DNA of 64,000 nt from Anaerolineaceae bacterium UBA6073 (GCA_002436085.1 DIXT01000021.1:685-64684), one strand, 5' to 3'; shown: positions 1 through 10,396, counted from the first letter of the stretch. Program-made: numbers and translations. Notes: a model not told the origin generated them from the sequence alone.

Positions 1-351
1 TACCTGGAGCGGCACGAGAGCGGGAGACTGAATACACCCGGGGAATTTGACCTGAAAGCCGGAGAATGCCTGATAGGCAGTCGGGTGATTATTGAAATTG
101 GCGGGGAGATGGGGACGGGAACGGTTTCTGCGGTCGCGCGCGTGCCGGCGGAGGGGGTGCAGGAAGTTTCGGGGCACGTGATGGACCTGGTGCCGTACCT
201 GGCTGAGACTTACCCGGAGAGCGGTTTTGCCGGGCTTGAGGAAGGGGGGCTGGTACTGTATTTTTGCGGCCGGCAGTTGAGCACGGAGTCTGCGGATATG
301 ACGTCCGGGTATTACTCGCAGACCCGGATTATTGTGGGGATAAGTCCGTGA
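1..351 (+). CDS. hypothetical protein, 5' end lies outside the window
   Basis: Frame 1 is open from base 1 (YLERHESGRLNTPGEF...) to the TGA at 349-351. The listed 85..351 ORF is its internal part. No motif recognised. Confidence 0.35.
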   Translation, partial: YLERHESGRLNTPGEFDLKAGECLIGSRVIIEIGGEMGTGTVSAVARVPAEGVQEVSGHVMDLVPYLAETYPESGFAGLEEGGLVLYFCGRQLSTESADMTSGYYSQTRIIVGISP

Positions 352-644
352 GAAGCTAGTGAAGAATATGTCTGGGGAAAGTATTGATGGTGTAAGAGAT
401 TGCGTGGGCACGCTGGTAAGAAAATATGAGCACTTCCAGTTCAAAGGTAAAAAAACTGCTGAAAAAAATGCTGGTCAGGAGACCAGCAGGAACAAATACA
501 TGGGCGCGACAAGCCGCAAGCAGTGCGCAGCTGGGCTCGATCACCTGAAGGGGACTTGCCTCGAACCTTTATTACACCCTTACTGGGTGCATGGATGGGA
601 CAAAAGTTTTCGTGTTCAAACCCGGTGGAAAATTTGAATATCAC

Positions 645-673
645 AAAATAACTGCTGGTCAGTAGACCAGCAG
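645..673 (-). terminator. hairpin terminator downstream of tRNA-Val
   Basis: Perfect 9-bp stem ctgctggtc / gaccagcag (652-660, 665-673) with a 4-nt loop. On the minus strand it is followed by TTATTTTG. It lies 13 nt after the tRNA 3' end. Confidence 0.6.
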
Positions 674-685
674 AAATGAGTAGCA

Positions 686-760
<75 letters not shown>

Positions 761-884
761 GAAGTGCCAAGATTATAGCAAACACCCGCGCATTTGTCCA
801 CCCGGAAAAATTTCCAGCGCCGTCTTCTCCCCCGTCAGGTAAAATTAGCAAAGCTTACAGCACCGCCAATTCGAAAGGCCACCC

Positions 885-2267
885 ATGGCCATCTGGTGGA
901 TACGCCGGGATTTGAGACTGACTGACAACCTTGCCCTCCAAGCCGCGCTCTCTGGCGGCGGCGCCTTCGTTCCGGTTTTCGTCCTGGACCCGCACTTGCT
1001 GGCGAAGCCGGCCGAGCGCCGGCAGGCATTTCTGTTTGCCGGCTTGCGCGCGCTGGCGGAAGATCTGCGCGCTCTGGGCTCCGGGCTGCTCATCCGCAGC
1101 GGTGACCCGTCTGAAGAACTGCCGCGCCTGGCGCAGGAGCTGGGCGGACTGCCTGTCTTCGCGGAGGAGGACGCTTCCCCCTACGCCCGCGAACGCGACC
1201 GCTTGGTCGGCAGCCGCGCGAATCTGAAACTGCTCCCGGGCGTTGGTGGGCAAGCGCTCGGGGCTGTGCTCAAAGCAGACGGTACGCCCTACACCGTCTT
1301 CACGCCCTTCAGCCGCGCCTGGAAAGCCTTGCCGCCGCCAACCCTGCTCGCCCGCAGGCCTCTTTCCCTCCCAACGTTGCCCGCGCTTGCCTCCGACGAC
1401 CTGCCTGACCAACCCGCCCCTGCCGAATTCCCGGCGGGCGAGCAGGAAGCCCAGCGCCGGCTGGACGCTTTCCTGGACGGACCAATCTACGCCTACAAAG
1501 AGAACCGCGACCGGATGGACCTGGAGGGCACTTCGGCGCTCTCGCCGTACCTGCGTTTCGGCATGCTTTCCGCCCGGCAAGCCGCCCAGGCCGCGCGCGG
1601 GGCGTGGTTGAGCGCGCCAACGGAAAGCGCCCGCGCCGGAGCGGAGACCTGGCTGAACGAATTGATCTGGCGCGAGTTTTACCTGTCCATCCTGTATCAT
1701 TTTCCGCGCGTACTCACGGAGTCTTTCGTCCCGGCGGGAAAACTCATCCTTTGGCGCACGGCCCCTCTGGACCTGGCTGCCTGGCAATCCGGACGCACCG
1801 GCTATCCGGTGGTGGATGCCGGCATGCGCCAGCTGGCAAGCCTGGGTTGGATGCACAACCGCGCCCGCATGATCACCGCCTCTTTTCTGGTCAAGCACCT
1901 GCTTGTAAACTGGCAGGAAGGCGAGGCGTGGTTCATACGCCAGCTGGTGGACGGCGACCCGGCTTCCAATAACGGCGGCTGGCAGTGGACGGCGGGCACG
2001 GGCACGGACGCGGCGCCGTATTTCCGCGTGTTCAACCCCATTTTGCAGGGGCTAAAGTTTGACCCGCTTGGGGCGTACGTGCGCCGCTGGGTGCCGGAGC
2101 TGACGGGTGTGCCGGATCGCTACATCCACACTCCCTGGGAAATGCCCGCGGAGTTGGAGGGGGCTGCCAGCTGCCGGGTGGGGGTGGATTATCCGCTCCC
2201 AATTGTGGAGCATAACCTGGCGCGCGAGCGCGTGCTGGCGGTTTACCAGCAGGCCTTCCAGCGCTGA
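885..2267 (+). CDS. phr: deoxyribodipyrimidine photolyase (class I CPD photolyase/cryptochrome family)
   Basis: 460 aa. The N-terminal IWWIRRDLRLTDNLAL and the C-terminal FAD-binding block TGYPVVDAGMRQL..GWMHNRARMITASFL..DGDPASNNGGWQW are hallmark photolyase motifs. Confidence 0.92.
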   Translation: MAIWWIRRDLRLTDNLALQAALSGGGAFVPVFVLDPHLLAKPAERRQAFLFAGLRALAEDLRALGSGLLIRSGDPSEELPRLAQELGGLPVFAEEDASPYARERDRLVGSRANLKLLPGVGGQALGAVLKADGTPYTVFTPFSRAWKALPPPTLLARRPLSLPTLPALASDDLPDQPAPAEFPAGEQEAQRRLDAFLDGPIYAYKENRDRMDLEGTSALSPYLRFGMLSARQAAQAARGAWLSAPTESARAGAETWLNELIWREFYLSILYHFPRVLTESFVPAGKLILWRTAPLDLAAWQSGRTGYPVVDAGMRQLASLGWMHNRARMITASFLVKHLLVNWQEGEAWFIRQLVDGDPASNNGGWQWTAGTGTDAAPYFRVFNPILQGLKFDPLGAYVRRWVPELTGVPDRYIHTPWEMPAELEGAASCRVGVDYPLPIVEHNLARERVLAVYQQAFQR

Positions 2268-2330
2268 TACCTTGGCAGTCAGGCAAAAAGCAGCGTTTTG
2301 GTGTAATTTTCCCCCATCCTGATGCGAATA

Positions 2331-2362
2331 TGGTAAAATCCTGCTATTCATTTATTGAATAG
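2331..2362 (+). promoter_or_regulatory. putative extended -10 promoter plus inverted-repeat operator upstream of the PadR gene
   Basis: tggtaaaat (TGnTAAAAT) lies at 2331-2339. It is followed by the perfect 7-bp inverted repeat CTATTCA (2344-2350) N5 TGAATAG (2356-2362), 12 nt before the ATG at 2375. Confidence 0.3.
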
Positions 2363-2374
2363 AGAGTATCAGCC

Positions 2375-2911
2375 ATGTCGCCCAGAGCCGCCTTACCCCT
2401 TCACTTAGAATACACCCTGCTGGGCTTGCTCAGGCAAAAACCCCAGCATGGCTACGACATCCTGCAAAACTGGGATAAGAACCTGGGTATTATCTGGAAA
2501 GTCAAGCCGGGCAGGCTGTATGCCGCGCTGAATAAGCTCGAACAGGGCGGATTGGTTTCCGCGCGGCTTGAGAGCGGCGATAACGCGCCTGCCCGTAAGG
2601 TATTCGCGCTCACTACCCAAGGCGAGGCCGCTTTCTCGCGCTGGCTGCGCTCGCCCGTTCCATCCCCGCGCGAATTCCGGCAGGAATGGTTTGCCAAGCT
2701 CTTTTTCTTCCCGGAACTGAGCCCGGATGAACGCAGCGCGGTCTACGCAGAGCAGATCAAAGCCGCGCGGAGTTGGCTGAAGGCGCAAGACGAACTAAAC
2801 CTGACGGGTTCGGCTTTCGAAGGGCAGGTGCGGCGCTTCAGGCAAATGCAAATTCAGAACATTTTGAAATTTTTGACAGATACACAAAACACTCAGATTA
2901 CCAGGAGTTAA
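2375..2911 (+). CDS. PadR family transcriptional regulator
   Basis: N-terminal winged-helix pattern LEYTLLGLLRQKPQHGYDI...GRLYAALNKLEQGGLV typical of PadR. 178 aa. Confidence 0.8.
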   Translation: MSPRAALPLHLEYTLLGLLRQKPQHGYDILQNWDKNLGIIWKVKPGRLYAALNKLEQGGLVSARLESGDNAPARKVFALTTQGEAAFSRWLRSPVPSPREFRQEWFAKLFFFPELSPDERSAVYAEQIKAARSWLKAQDELNLTGSAFEGQVRRFRQMQIQNILKFLTDTQNTQITRS

Positions 2912-2913
2912 GT

Positions 2914-3996
2914 ATGAAACGATGTGCCACGCTATTCCTTCTCTTCGCATTGCTTTTATCGGCGTGCGCGCAAGTTGCTCAAACGCAAACACCGCAAGCT
3001 GCCGGGCCCATCGCAGTGATAGACGCGCTGGGTCGCGAAGTAAAACTGGATAAGCTTCCCCAGCAAATCGCAGTAAGCGGCAGAGCATCGCTGATGATCC
3101 TTGATGCGCTGTATATGTTCCCTGAGGCGAAAGAGCGCGTCGTCGCGTTTGAGGATGCTGTTCAGGGCGATGTGAACTTCATTAAACTGTTGGACACACA
3201 GTACGCAGAAAAGGCATTCCTGAAGCGCGACGCCGGCGTGGAACAGTTTGTCACTGCCGAACCCGACCTGGTGTTGATGAAGAGTTCACAAGCTGAAAAG
3301 TTTGGAGCCCCCATTGAGGCGTTGAACATTCCTGTGGTATATCTGGATTTTGAGACCCCCGAGCAATACACGCGCGACCTGGCGGTTTTGGGTCAGATTT
3401 TTGGTAATGACGCCCGCGCGCAGGAACTTATCCAACTTTACCAGGGCGCAGTAGACGAAATCAATCAAAAGGTGCCCGCGGCAGCCGCAAAGCCGAACGT
3501 GCTTGTGCTGCAATACTCCGATAAGGATGGCGCGGTGGCGTTTGACGTGCCGCCGACCAGTTGGATGCAAACCCGGATGGTGGAGCTTGCTGGCGCCAAC
3601 CCGGTCTGGAAAGAGGCTAACCTGGGCTCTGGTTGGGCTCAGGTCACTATCGAGCAGGTAGCGGCGTGGGACCCGGACGTGATTCTGATAATCTCTTATG
3701 ATCAGAACCCGAGTGATGTCACCGCGATGCTGAAGCAGGATCCCCAATGGCAGCTGCTGCGCGCGGTAAAGGACGGCAAACTCTATGGTTTCCCCAAGGA
3801 TATTTACAGCTGGGATCAACCCGACACGCGCTGGCTGCTGGGCCTCAAGTGGCTGGCAAGCCTGCTGCACCCTGACGAATTTGGTCAGGTGGACGCTCTG
3901 CAGTCCGCGCGCGAATTCTATCAGTTCGCCTATGGAGTAGACGCGGCCAGCTACGACGCGATCATCCTTCCGGTTACCCAGGGCGACATCGATTGA
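2914..3996 (+). CDS. ABC transporter substrate-binding lipoprotein (iron-siderophore/cobalamin, FecB/BtuF type)
   Basis: ATG at 2914 is preceded by AGGAG (2903-2907). Lipoprotein signal MKRCATLFLLFALLLSAC. Operon context with a FecCD permease and an ATPase. The listed ORF 2773.. starts at an upstream TTG that is probably not used. Confidence 0.75.
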   Translation: MKRCATLFLLFALLLSACAQVAQTQTPQAAGPIAVIDALGREVKLDKLPQQIAVSGRASLMILDALYMFPEAKERVVAFEDAVQGDVNFIKLLDTQYAEKAFLKRDAGVEQFVTAEPDLVLMKSSQAEKFGAPIEALNIPVVYLDFETPEQYTRDLAVLGQIFGNDARAQELIQLYQGAVDEINQKVPAAAAKPNVLVLQYSDKDGAVAFDVPPTSWMQTRMVELAGANPVWKEANLGSGWAQVTIEQVAAWDPDVILIISYDQNPSDVTAMLKQDPQWQLLRAVKDGKLYGFPKDIYSWDQPDTRWLLGLKWLASLLHPDEFGQVDALQSAREFYQFAYGVDAASYDAIILPVTQGDID

Positions 3997-5024
3997 ACGA
4001 CGACGCTTCCCTTCTGAAAGCCCAGCCGGAACGCACCCAAAAAAGTTGGGTGTGGGCTGTCCTTGCCGCTGTGCTCGTTCTGCTGCTGGTCTTGTCGGTC
4101 TTTCTGGGGCGCTATCCCCAGGCAGGCGTGCTGCGCATAGACCAGCTGCGCGATAACCTGCTGGCTCAGCGTTTGGTGGTCAACGTGCGCATTCCGCGTT
4201 TACTGACTTCCCTGCTGCTGGGTATGGTACTGGCAGCCTCCGGGACGGTATTTCAGATGATTTTCGCCAATCCCCTGGTGGAACCCGGCTTTTTAGGCGT
4301 TTCTCAGGGGGCGGCTTTTGGCGCCGCGCTAGCAATTGTGTTCTTTTCCGCATCCGCCGCGCTTGTGCAGGGTATGGCGGCGCTGTTCGCGTTCGCGGGC
4401 TTGGGTTTCTCGTACCTGCTCGCGCGGCGCATCCGCGTGGGGAGCTGGCTGCTGCGCCTGATTCTGGCGGGCATCGCGGTTTCGGCGCTGTTTTCCGCCG
4501 GGCTGGGAATCGTCAAGTATCTGGCTGATCCCCTGCGCCAGCTGCCTGAAATTACCTTCTGGATGCTGGGCGGGCTCGCGAGCATTACCTGGACGAAATT
4601 CCTGGCGGTTCTGCCTGCCTGCCTTTTGGGTTTGGCAGTCATTTTCGCTTTCCGCTGGCGCTTGAACCTGCTGGCTTTGGATGAGACAACGGCGTTTTCA
4701 CTCGGTGCGGCGCCCCGGCGCGAACGGCTGGTGATGATGATCGCGGCGGTTCTGGCGACATCGGCGATTATCTCTGTGGCGGGGATGGTCGGCTGGATTG
4801 GCCTGATCATTCCGCACATAGCCCGGCGCCTGGTCGGCTCGGATACGCGCCGCAACCTGCCGGCGGCAATCCTGTTGGGCGGGGCGTTTGGAGTGATTTG
4901 TGACGACCTGGCGCGCATGCTGATGGCTGGAGAAATCCCGCTGGGCATCCTCACCTCATTGCTGGGGGCGGCCATATTCATCATTTTGATGGCGCGGGGT
5001 TTGGGCAAGGGGGTGCGCGCATGA
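3993..5024 (+). CDS. FecCD-family ABC transporter permease
   Basis: 343 aa, polytopic and hydrophobic, with the FecCD/BtuC-like C-terminal pattern GEIPLGILTSLLGAAIFI. The start overlaps the upstream stop. Confidence 0.8.
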   Translation: MNDDASLLKAQPERTQKSWVWAVLAAVLVLLLVLSVFLGRYPQAGVLRIDQLRDNLLAQRLVVNVRIPRLLTSLLLGMVLAASGTVFQMIFANPLVEPGFLGVSQGAAFGAALAIVFFSASAALVQGMAALFAFAGLGFSYLLARRIRVGSWLLRLILAGIAVSALFSAGLGIVKYLADPLRQLPEITFWMLGGLASITWTKFLAVLPACLLGLAVIFAFRWRLNLLALDETTAFSLGAAPRRERLVMMIAAVLATSAIISVAGMVGWIGLIIPHIARRLVGSDTRRNLPAAILLGGAFGVICDDLARMLMAGEIPLGILTSLLGAAIFIILMARGLGKGVRA

Positions 5025-5803
5025 GCGCCAGCCTGCTGAGCTTTGAACACGCCGCGTTTGGGTATACACGCAGCAAGCCGATTTTCACTGACCTGAATTA
5101 CCAATTACGGCGCGGCACCCTGACGGTCATTCTTGGACCGAACGGGATTGGGAAGACGACCTTACTCTATTTAGCTTTGGGTTGGCTGCAGCCTTCCGCC
5201 GGGCAGGTGCTGTTGGAAAACCGACCGCTGCAGGATTATTCCCGGGCGGAAATAGGTCGGCGCGTTTCATTGGTGCCGCAAACTGAACGCCAACCTTACT
5301 CCTATACCGTGCTGGAGTACGTCCTGTTCGGGCGGGCGCCGCACCTTGCGCTGTTTGGCGCGCCGGGGGAAAAAGACGAACAAGCCGCGCGCCAGGCGCT
5401 TGCCAGGGCTGGCATCCCGGAACTGGCTGGCGCCTATGTAGATCAGCTCAGCGGCGGCGAGGGGCAGTTGGTACTTATCGCGCGCGCACTCGCGCAGGAA
5501 CCGCGCGTGCTCTTGCTGGACGAACCCAGCGCGCACCTGGACCTGGGCAATAAGTACCGCCTGATGCAAACTCTCTCCGACTTGCGGAAACACGGCACGA
5601 CTATCCTGATGACCACGCACGACCCGGAAATTGCCCTTTCCATCAGCGACGAAACTGTCCTGGTGGACGGCAGTGGTTCTGTGACCGTGGGGACGCCGGC
5701 CCAGCTGCTGACCGCGGAAAGCCTTTCCCGGCTTTACCATCTTCCGGAGGGCGCCCTGGAAATCAGACCTTCACATCCTGGCATCGTTTTACGCCGTCTG
5801 TAA
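5021..5803 (+). CDS. ABC transporter ATP-binding protein (FecE/BtuD type)
   Basis: Walker A GPNGIGKTT, signature LSGGEGQ, Walker B VLLLDEP, H-loop TTHD. There is an ATGA overlap with the permease. Confidence 0.88.
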   Translation: MSASLLSFEHAAFGYTRSKPIFTDLNYQLRRGTLTVILGPNGIGKTTLLYLALGWLQPSAGQVLLENRPLQDYSRAEIGRRVSLVPQTERQPYSYTVLEYVLFGRAPHLALFGAPGEKDEQAARQALARAGIPELAGAYVDQLSGGEGQLVLIARALAQEPRVLLLDEPSAHLDLGNKYRLMQTLSDLRKHGTTILMTTHDPEIALSISDETVLVDGSGSVTVGTPAQLLTAESLSRLYHLPEGALEIRPSHPGIVLRRL

Positions 5804-5819
5804 CTGTTCCTTCTGCATC

Positions 5820-5864
5820 AAAAAAACAGGCAGAGAGTACTGAAACCTCCGCCTGTTTTTTTTT
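5820..5864. terminator. bidirectional rho-independent terminator between convergent genes
   Basis: A-run (5820-5826), stem acaggcagag / ctccgcctgt (9 of 10 pairs), then a T-run (5856-5864). It sits between the + gene ending at 5803 and the - gene ending at 5875. Confidence 0.8.
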
Positions 5865-5874
5865 ATTGGGTTGG

Positions 5875-7209
5875 TCAGGCTTTCAGAGCCTCTTTGAACG
5901 CAGCGGCGCTGATGCCCTGACCTAGTTGAGCGCTGAAATCCTCTTGCGCCTCGACCGCGTTCTTCACCTTTGCCGCCAGTGAGGCATCCCCGAGCAGGAT
6001 GGACCCGATAAGTACGCCTTTGCGGAAAAGGAAGCTGGCGTAGTTACCGCCGCTCTCGTCCACGAGCAGCAAATCCCCGTTTTCAGTAGGGCTAATCTGC
6101 CCAATGCTGAACAGATCGATGCCCAGCACCTTCAGGCGCGCGGAAGGCGGATCCCCGGCAAATTTGGCGGGCTTACCTGCCGCGGAGAAGCCGGCGATGC
6201 TGCCCTGGCTCTTGGCGGGTATCCACAGACCGTACATACGGCCTTGATGTTCTGTGTCGTCTCCAGCGGCAAAAATCAGAGGGTCGGAGGTGCGCATCAT
6301 GTCATCAACCAATATTCCCCGGTTGATGGCGAGCCCGGCTTTGCGCGCGAGTTCCAGGTTGGCGCTCACCCCCGCGCTGATGATTACGAGATCCGCTGGC
6401 AGAAAAGAGCCGTCTTCCAGTTGTACGCTTTCAACGTGTTCCTCGCCAAGCAGCGCTTTGGTTTTCGCGCCTGTAAACACCTTGATCCCCATCGATTCAA
6501 TTTTCTGCTGCAAAATCCGGCTGGCGGCCTGGTCCAACTGGCGCGGAAGCAGCCAGGGCAGGCTTTCCACCACGCTCACCTGCGCGCCGCGCCGGGAAAT
6601 CGCGCCGGCAACCTCAAGACCCAACAAACCCCCGCCGATGCAGACGACATCCACAGGCCGGGCACAAACAGCCAGGATGGCGTTCGCGTCGCGCAGGGTG
6701 CGCAGGGTTTGCACGCCTGCCAGATCAACGCCCGGGAAGGGCGGCACAAAGGGCGACGCGCCGGTGGTCATGATGAGCGCGTCGTATGCGTAACTGCGCC
6801 CATCCGCGCTGAACACCTGCTGCGAGCGGGCGTCAATATCAACCACTTTGGTGTTCAGGTGCAGTTCAATGTGGTTTTCCAGGTACCAGGCTCGGGAATG
6901 GAGGTCAAGCTTGCTGCTGTCCAATTCTCCGGCGAGGTAGCGGGTGAGGTTCATGCGGAAATAAGGCAGTTCAGTTTCGTCGGAGAGCAGAACCACTTTC
7001 CCATACGGGTCCGCCTGATGGATCGCATCAGCAGCGCTGACGCCGGCTATCCCAGCGCCGATAATCAGGTAGCGCTTGCCAGCCGGGGGGATTTCTTCAA
7101 AGTGATTGCGGTCGGTGCCGCACTGCGGGCAGCCGTGCGGGGGTTCAGCGCCTGCGGAGGAGAAACCACACACATTACAAACCCATGTTTTCAAAGGTAA
7201 TTGGTTCAT
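5875..7209 (-). CDS. NAD(P)/FAD-dependent oxidoreductase with N-terminal rubredoxin-type zinc ribbon
   Basis: N-terminus CNVCG..(12)..CPQCG. Two dinucleotide-binding folds, IIGAGIAGVSAA and CIGGGLLGLEVAG. FAD motif AAGD. Resembles rubredoxin reductase / NirB N-terminal-type flavoproteins. Confidence 0.75.
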   Translation of the reverse strand: MNQLPLKTWVCNVCGFSSAGAEPPHGCPQCGTDRNHFEEIPPAGKRYLIIGAGIAGVSAADAIHQADPYGKVVLLSDETELPYFRMNLTRYLAGELDSSKLDLHSRAWYLENHIELHLNTKVVDIDARSQQVFSADGRSYAYDALIMTTGASPFVPPFPGVDLAGVQTLRTLRDANAILAVCARPVDVVCIGGGLLGLEVAGAISRRGAQVSVVESLPWLLPRQLDQAASRILQQKIESMGIKVFTGAKTKALLGEEHVESVQLEDGSFLPADLVIISAGVSANLELARKAGLAINRGILVDDMMRTSDPLIFAAGDDTEHQGRMYGLWIPAKSQGSIAGFSAAGKPAKFAGDPPSARLKVLGIDLFSIGQISPTENGDLLLVDESGGNYASFLFRKGVLIGSILLGDASLAAKVKNAVEAQEDFSAQLGQGISAAAFKEALKA

Positions 7210-7379
7210 TGGTCACCTCTTTGTGAGCAATCGCAAAACTTTAGATTAAATATTAAGTCAGTGTAGCACAATGCCATTCTGATTTCCGGTCCTTATATAA
7301 GCTTTATGTCTGGCGGCAGTAAAAGGCGAAAGCGGGTGTGGGTATAATTGATAGAGACGGAATTCCGGAGGAATTATTC

Positions 7380-7751
7380 ATGAGATCAGCATTGAGCGCG
7401 TTCTGGTTGTTGGCTGGCTGCCTGGCGATAATACTGCTGCTGGGCGTCTTTGTGGCTCGGCTGCGAAAAATGCACGGGATCAAAAGCGCGCCAGGTTATT
7501 TGGGCGGTATCATCTGGGTGATTGCCATGATCGGTTATGCCATCCTGGGCAGGAACGAGATGGCAGACCCGCTCATATTCATCCTGATCAGCAGCGTCAT
7601 TCCGCTGGTGTACCTGACAAATATCCTTGTGATCCTGCTTTCCAGGCGCTACCACTGGAAGGACGCGGAGGATAAACGCGCGGCAGGCCGCTTCGCGCTA
7701 ATCATTCTTTCGGTTATGCTGGTCTGGATCATCGGGCTCATGATTGTCTGA
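7380..7751 (+). CDS. small integral membrane protein, unknown function
   Basis: ATG at 7380 lies 8 nt after GGAGG (7367-7371). A tataat box lies at 7343-7348. Four hydrophobic segments. The listed ORF starts at an upstream GTG at 7338. Confidence 0.5.
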   Translation: MRSALSAFWLLAGCLAIILLLGVFVARLRKMHGIKSAPGYLGGIIWVIAMIGYAILGRNEMADPLIFILISSVIPLVYLTNILVILLSRRYHWKDAEDKRAAGRFALIILSVMLVWIIGLMIV

Positions 7752-7837
7752 AATCCGGCCCCTAAAACCCGAAAACACCAACTGAGCGCTTAGGGCTATA
7801 ATTAGGGCGCTTGAGTCATCACATATAGGAGCAACTT

Positions 7838-8698
7838 ATGACAAATGACACCACGACCCGACCTAAAACCACGCTTGCGGATTGGATTCTGCGGCTGCTG
7901 AAAGGCATTCTGGTCGGGATTGGGTTTATCACCCCCGGGCTTTCGGGCGGCGTGCTGGCAGTCGTGTTTGGGATTTACGAACCGCTCATGCGCTGGCTCG
8001 GGAATCTGCGCGAAAAGTTCCTCAAGAATCTGATTTACTTTCTGCCGGTGGGCATCGGCGGGATTCTCGGCGTGCTCGCCTTTTCCAAGGTTGTTGAATG
8101 GGCGTTCGGGCATCATCCGGCGCAGTTCACCTGGCTCTTCATCGGTTTCATCGCCGGCACCTTCCCCTCACTCCTTAAAACTGCTGGAAAACACGGGCGT
8201 AAAAGCTGGCATTGGGGCTTGCTGGCGGCGGTGGCAGTGGGAACACTCTTCCTGATGCGCTGGCTCGAGACGATTCGCAGCGTGCAAATGGCGCAAAACT
8301 TTGGCAGCTGGCTGCTGAGCGGCGCGATGATCGGGCTGGGTGTGGTTGTTCCTGGGATGAGTCCTTCCAACTTCCTGATTTATCTCGGTCTGTACGAACC
8401 CATGGCCAGCGGCATCAGCCGGCTGGACTTTGGGGTTATCATTCCTCTGGCGCTGGGCGGATTGGCTTGCGTGCTGTTGTTTGCCAGGTTGGTATCCTGG
8501 CTTTTCAAAAAGTATTACGCGCTGATGTACCACATCATCCTGGGCATCGTGGTCGGGTCCACCCTGGCTATCATCCCCTCGGGCGTGCGAGGTTTGGGTA
8601 TGATCGCAGCTTGCGCGCTGCTCTTTACGGCGGGTGGTCTCGTTTCCTTCCTGCTGGCTAAGCTGGATGAGAAATACTCCCGGGACGCAGAGGAATAA
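7838..8698 (+). CDS. DUF368 family membrane protein (polyprenyl-phosphate transporter family)
   Basis: The internal duplication GFITPGLSGGVLAVVFGIYE / VVVPGMSPSNFLIYLGLYE is characteristic of DUF368. Polytopic. Confidence 0.7.
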   Translation: MTNDTTTRPKTTLADWILRLLKGILVGIGFITPGLSGGVLAVVFGIYEPLMRWLGNLREKFLKNLIYFLPVGIGGILGVLAFSKVVEWAFGHHPAQFTWLFIGFIAGTFPSLLKTAGKHGRKSWHWGLLAAVAVGTLFLMRWLETIRSVQMAQNFGSWLLSGAMIGLGVVVPGMSPSNFLIYLGLYEPMASGISRLDFGVIIPLALGGLACVLLFARLVSWLFKKYYALMYHIILGIVVGSTLAIIPSGVRGLGMIAACALLFTAGGLVSFLLAKLDEKYSRDAEE

Positions 8699-8839
8699 GG
8701 CTTTCGCGATCGATTAATTCAGGAATTGACCGCATTAATGCGGAATCTTCATAGAAATTCAGGGCTGCAATTGTTATTGCTGCCCAAATAACTGCTTTTA
8801 TCCATTAAAATAGAGGAGTAAGAGCAGCGAGGTATAAGG

Positions 8840-9739
8840 ATGCAAAGAGATTTAGATAGAGCGGACTGGGCCGTCGGGTTGATGCAGGCGCGCCAATCCG
8901 TGCGCAATTATAAAGAGGAACCAATTCCTGAGGAAATCCTCTATGAAGTGCTTGCCGCTGGAGTCAACAGCGCCACCGGCGGCAATTTGCAGCCTTATTC
9001 CATCATCGTGGAAAAGAACCGGCTTAAGAACCAGCAGCTGGCGCAGCTCTGCGGCGGTCAAAGTTTCATCGCGCAAGCGCCCGTGAACCTGATCTTCCTG
9101 CTGGACTGGCACAAGCTGGCGGTTTACAGCCGCAAAAACAACGCGCCGTTCACCTGCAACAAAAGCTTTCGGCACTACACCATTGCTATGGACGATATTG
9201 TTTGCGCCGCGCAGAGCGTTGAAACCGCGGCCTGGCTTTACGGCATCGGCAGTTGCTACGTCGGCACTATCCTGGAATGCATTCCCGTCGTCGCCGAAAT
9301 GTACAAACTGCCCTTGCTGGCCGCGCCGGTGCTGCTCCTGAGCCTGGGCTACCCCAAGACCCTGGCTGTGCCGCGCAAAAAGCTGGACCAGGACCTGGTG
9401 GTGTTCCGCGGCGCGTACCCCGCACTCAGCGTTGAGAAGATTTGCGAGGCGTACGACCGCAAGTATTCCGGCATGCGCTTTTCTCTGCCCGCGGATCCGC
9501 ACAGAAGGCAAGCGCTCCTGGAGGAATTCCGCGCGGCGCTGCGCACAACTTATAACGAAAGCAAATGCGACGAAATCATCCAGGCGGCTGATAAAGCTGG
9601 TTCGATTTCCGAAATTCAACGGCGCTTTGGGCTGCACTACCATGCTGCTGAAATGCTCAGCCCTGACGTCATCGAAGGGCTGGCCAGCCAGGGCATTTAT
9701 CCTTTTTACGGGCTGCTGGAGCAGGACCCCGAACTGTAA
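8840..9739 (+). CDS. nitroreductase family protein
   Basis: N-terminal RQSVRNYKEEPIPEEILYEVLAAGVNSATGGNLQPY matches the nitroreductase FMN-binding fold signature. Confidence 0.7.
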   Translation: MQRDLDRADWAVGLMQARQSVRNYKEEPIPEEILYEVLAAGVNSATGGNLQPYSIIVEKNRLKNQQLAQLCGGQSFIAQAPVNLIFLLDWHKLAVYSRKNNAPFTCNKSFRHYTIAMDDIVCAAQSVETAAWLYGIGSCYVGTILECIPVVAEMYKLPLLAAPVLLLSLGYPKTLAVPRKKLDQDLVVFRGAYPALSVEKICEAYDRKYSGMRFSLPADPHRRQALLEEFRAALRTTYNESKCDEIIQAADKAGSISEIQRRFGLHYHAAEMLSPDVIEGLASQGIYPFYGLLEQDPEL

Positions 9740-9837
9740 AGCGTGCTTCAGATTTCGCTGACCAATCAACTCTTGAGAGCGTCAGCGCTTGCTTGGTGCT
9801 TACTGTTTTTGCTTATTGACAACATAAGAATTACATC

Positions 9838-10068
9838 CTGACCGCGCGCTCACTCTGAGGTCGACAAGGGCCGCGGGTAGGGGCGAAGCATCCCAAAATG
9901 GGCGGCGCGTCTCATCCAGGACGCTAATCGACGAGGCGTGCTCTGATCGCGCCGGTCTCCTGGCCGCGCGCACACTCTGAGGTCGACCAAGGGCCGTGGG
10001 TAGGGGCGAAGCATCCTAAAATGGGCGGCGCGTCTCATCCAGGACGCTAATCGAGGATGCTTCGCCCG
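9838..10068. repeat. tandem GC-rich repeat (2 units of about 113 bp) containing hairpin module GGGCGAAGCATC...GATGCTTCGCCC
   Basis: Unit ..ctctgaggtcgac(c)aagggccg(c/t)gggtaggggcgaagcatcc(c/t)aaaatgggcggcgcgtctcatccaggacgctaatcga.. occurs at about 9850-9950 and again at 9963-10063. A partial third copy lies at 10598-10680. Confidence 0.85.
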
Positions 10069-10396
10069 TACGACCGGATAACACGGTCTGGAGCGGCAGC
10101 TTGAAGAGTGGAAGCCGCTTTACGACCTTAGAAAAGAGGAGACCTGCGGTGTCAGGCCTTTCGCGCGGTCTGCCCACACGCACCTTCGGTGCTGGGGTGC
10201 TACGCAAGATCGGCGATATCAAAGGGGCTGTCCAAGTAAACAGGCAGATCGCACCCTCCCTTCGGGAGCAGGCGTCGCTGCGCTCCTCACGATGACGCCC
10301 GATTCGTCATTGCGAGCCGTTTTGCCATCGAATTCGGCGCAAACCAGCCCGGTCTGTCAGGCAAAACGGCGTGGCAATCTGCCTGTGTGCCTGACC

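Noticed and set aside
855-1898. 347-aa ORF antisense to the photolyase gene (plus several other overlapping ORFs at 845-2351)
   Set aside because: Its Arg/Ala/Gly/Pro-rich composition is typical of antisense frames in GC-rich DNA. The sense strand carries unambiguous photolyase motifs over the whole interval.
6244-7200. 318-aa and 179-aa plus-strand ORFs inside the oxidoreductase gene
   Set aside because: They are antisense to a gene with clear dinucleotide-binding motifs, and have no motifs or ribosome-binding site of their own.
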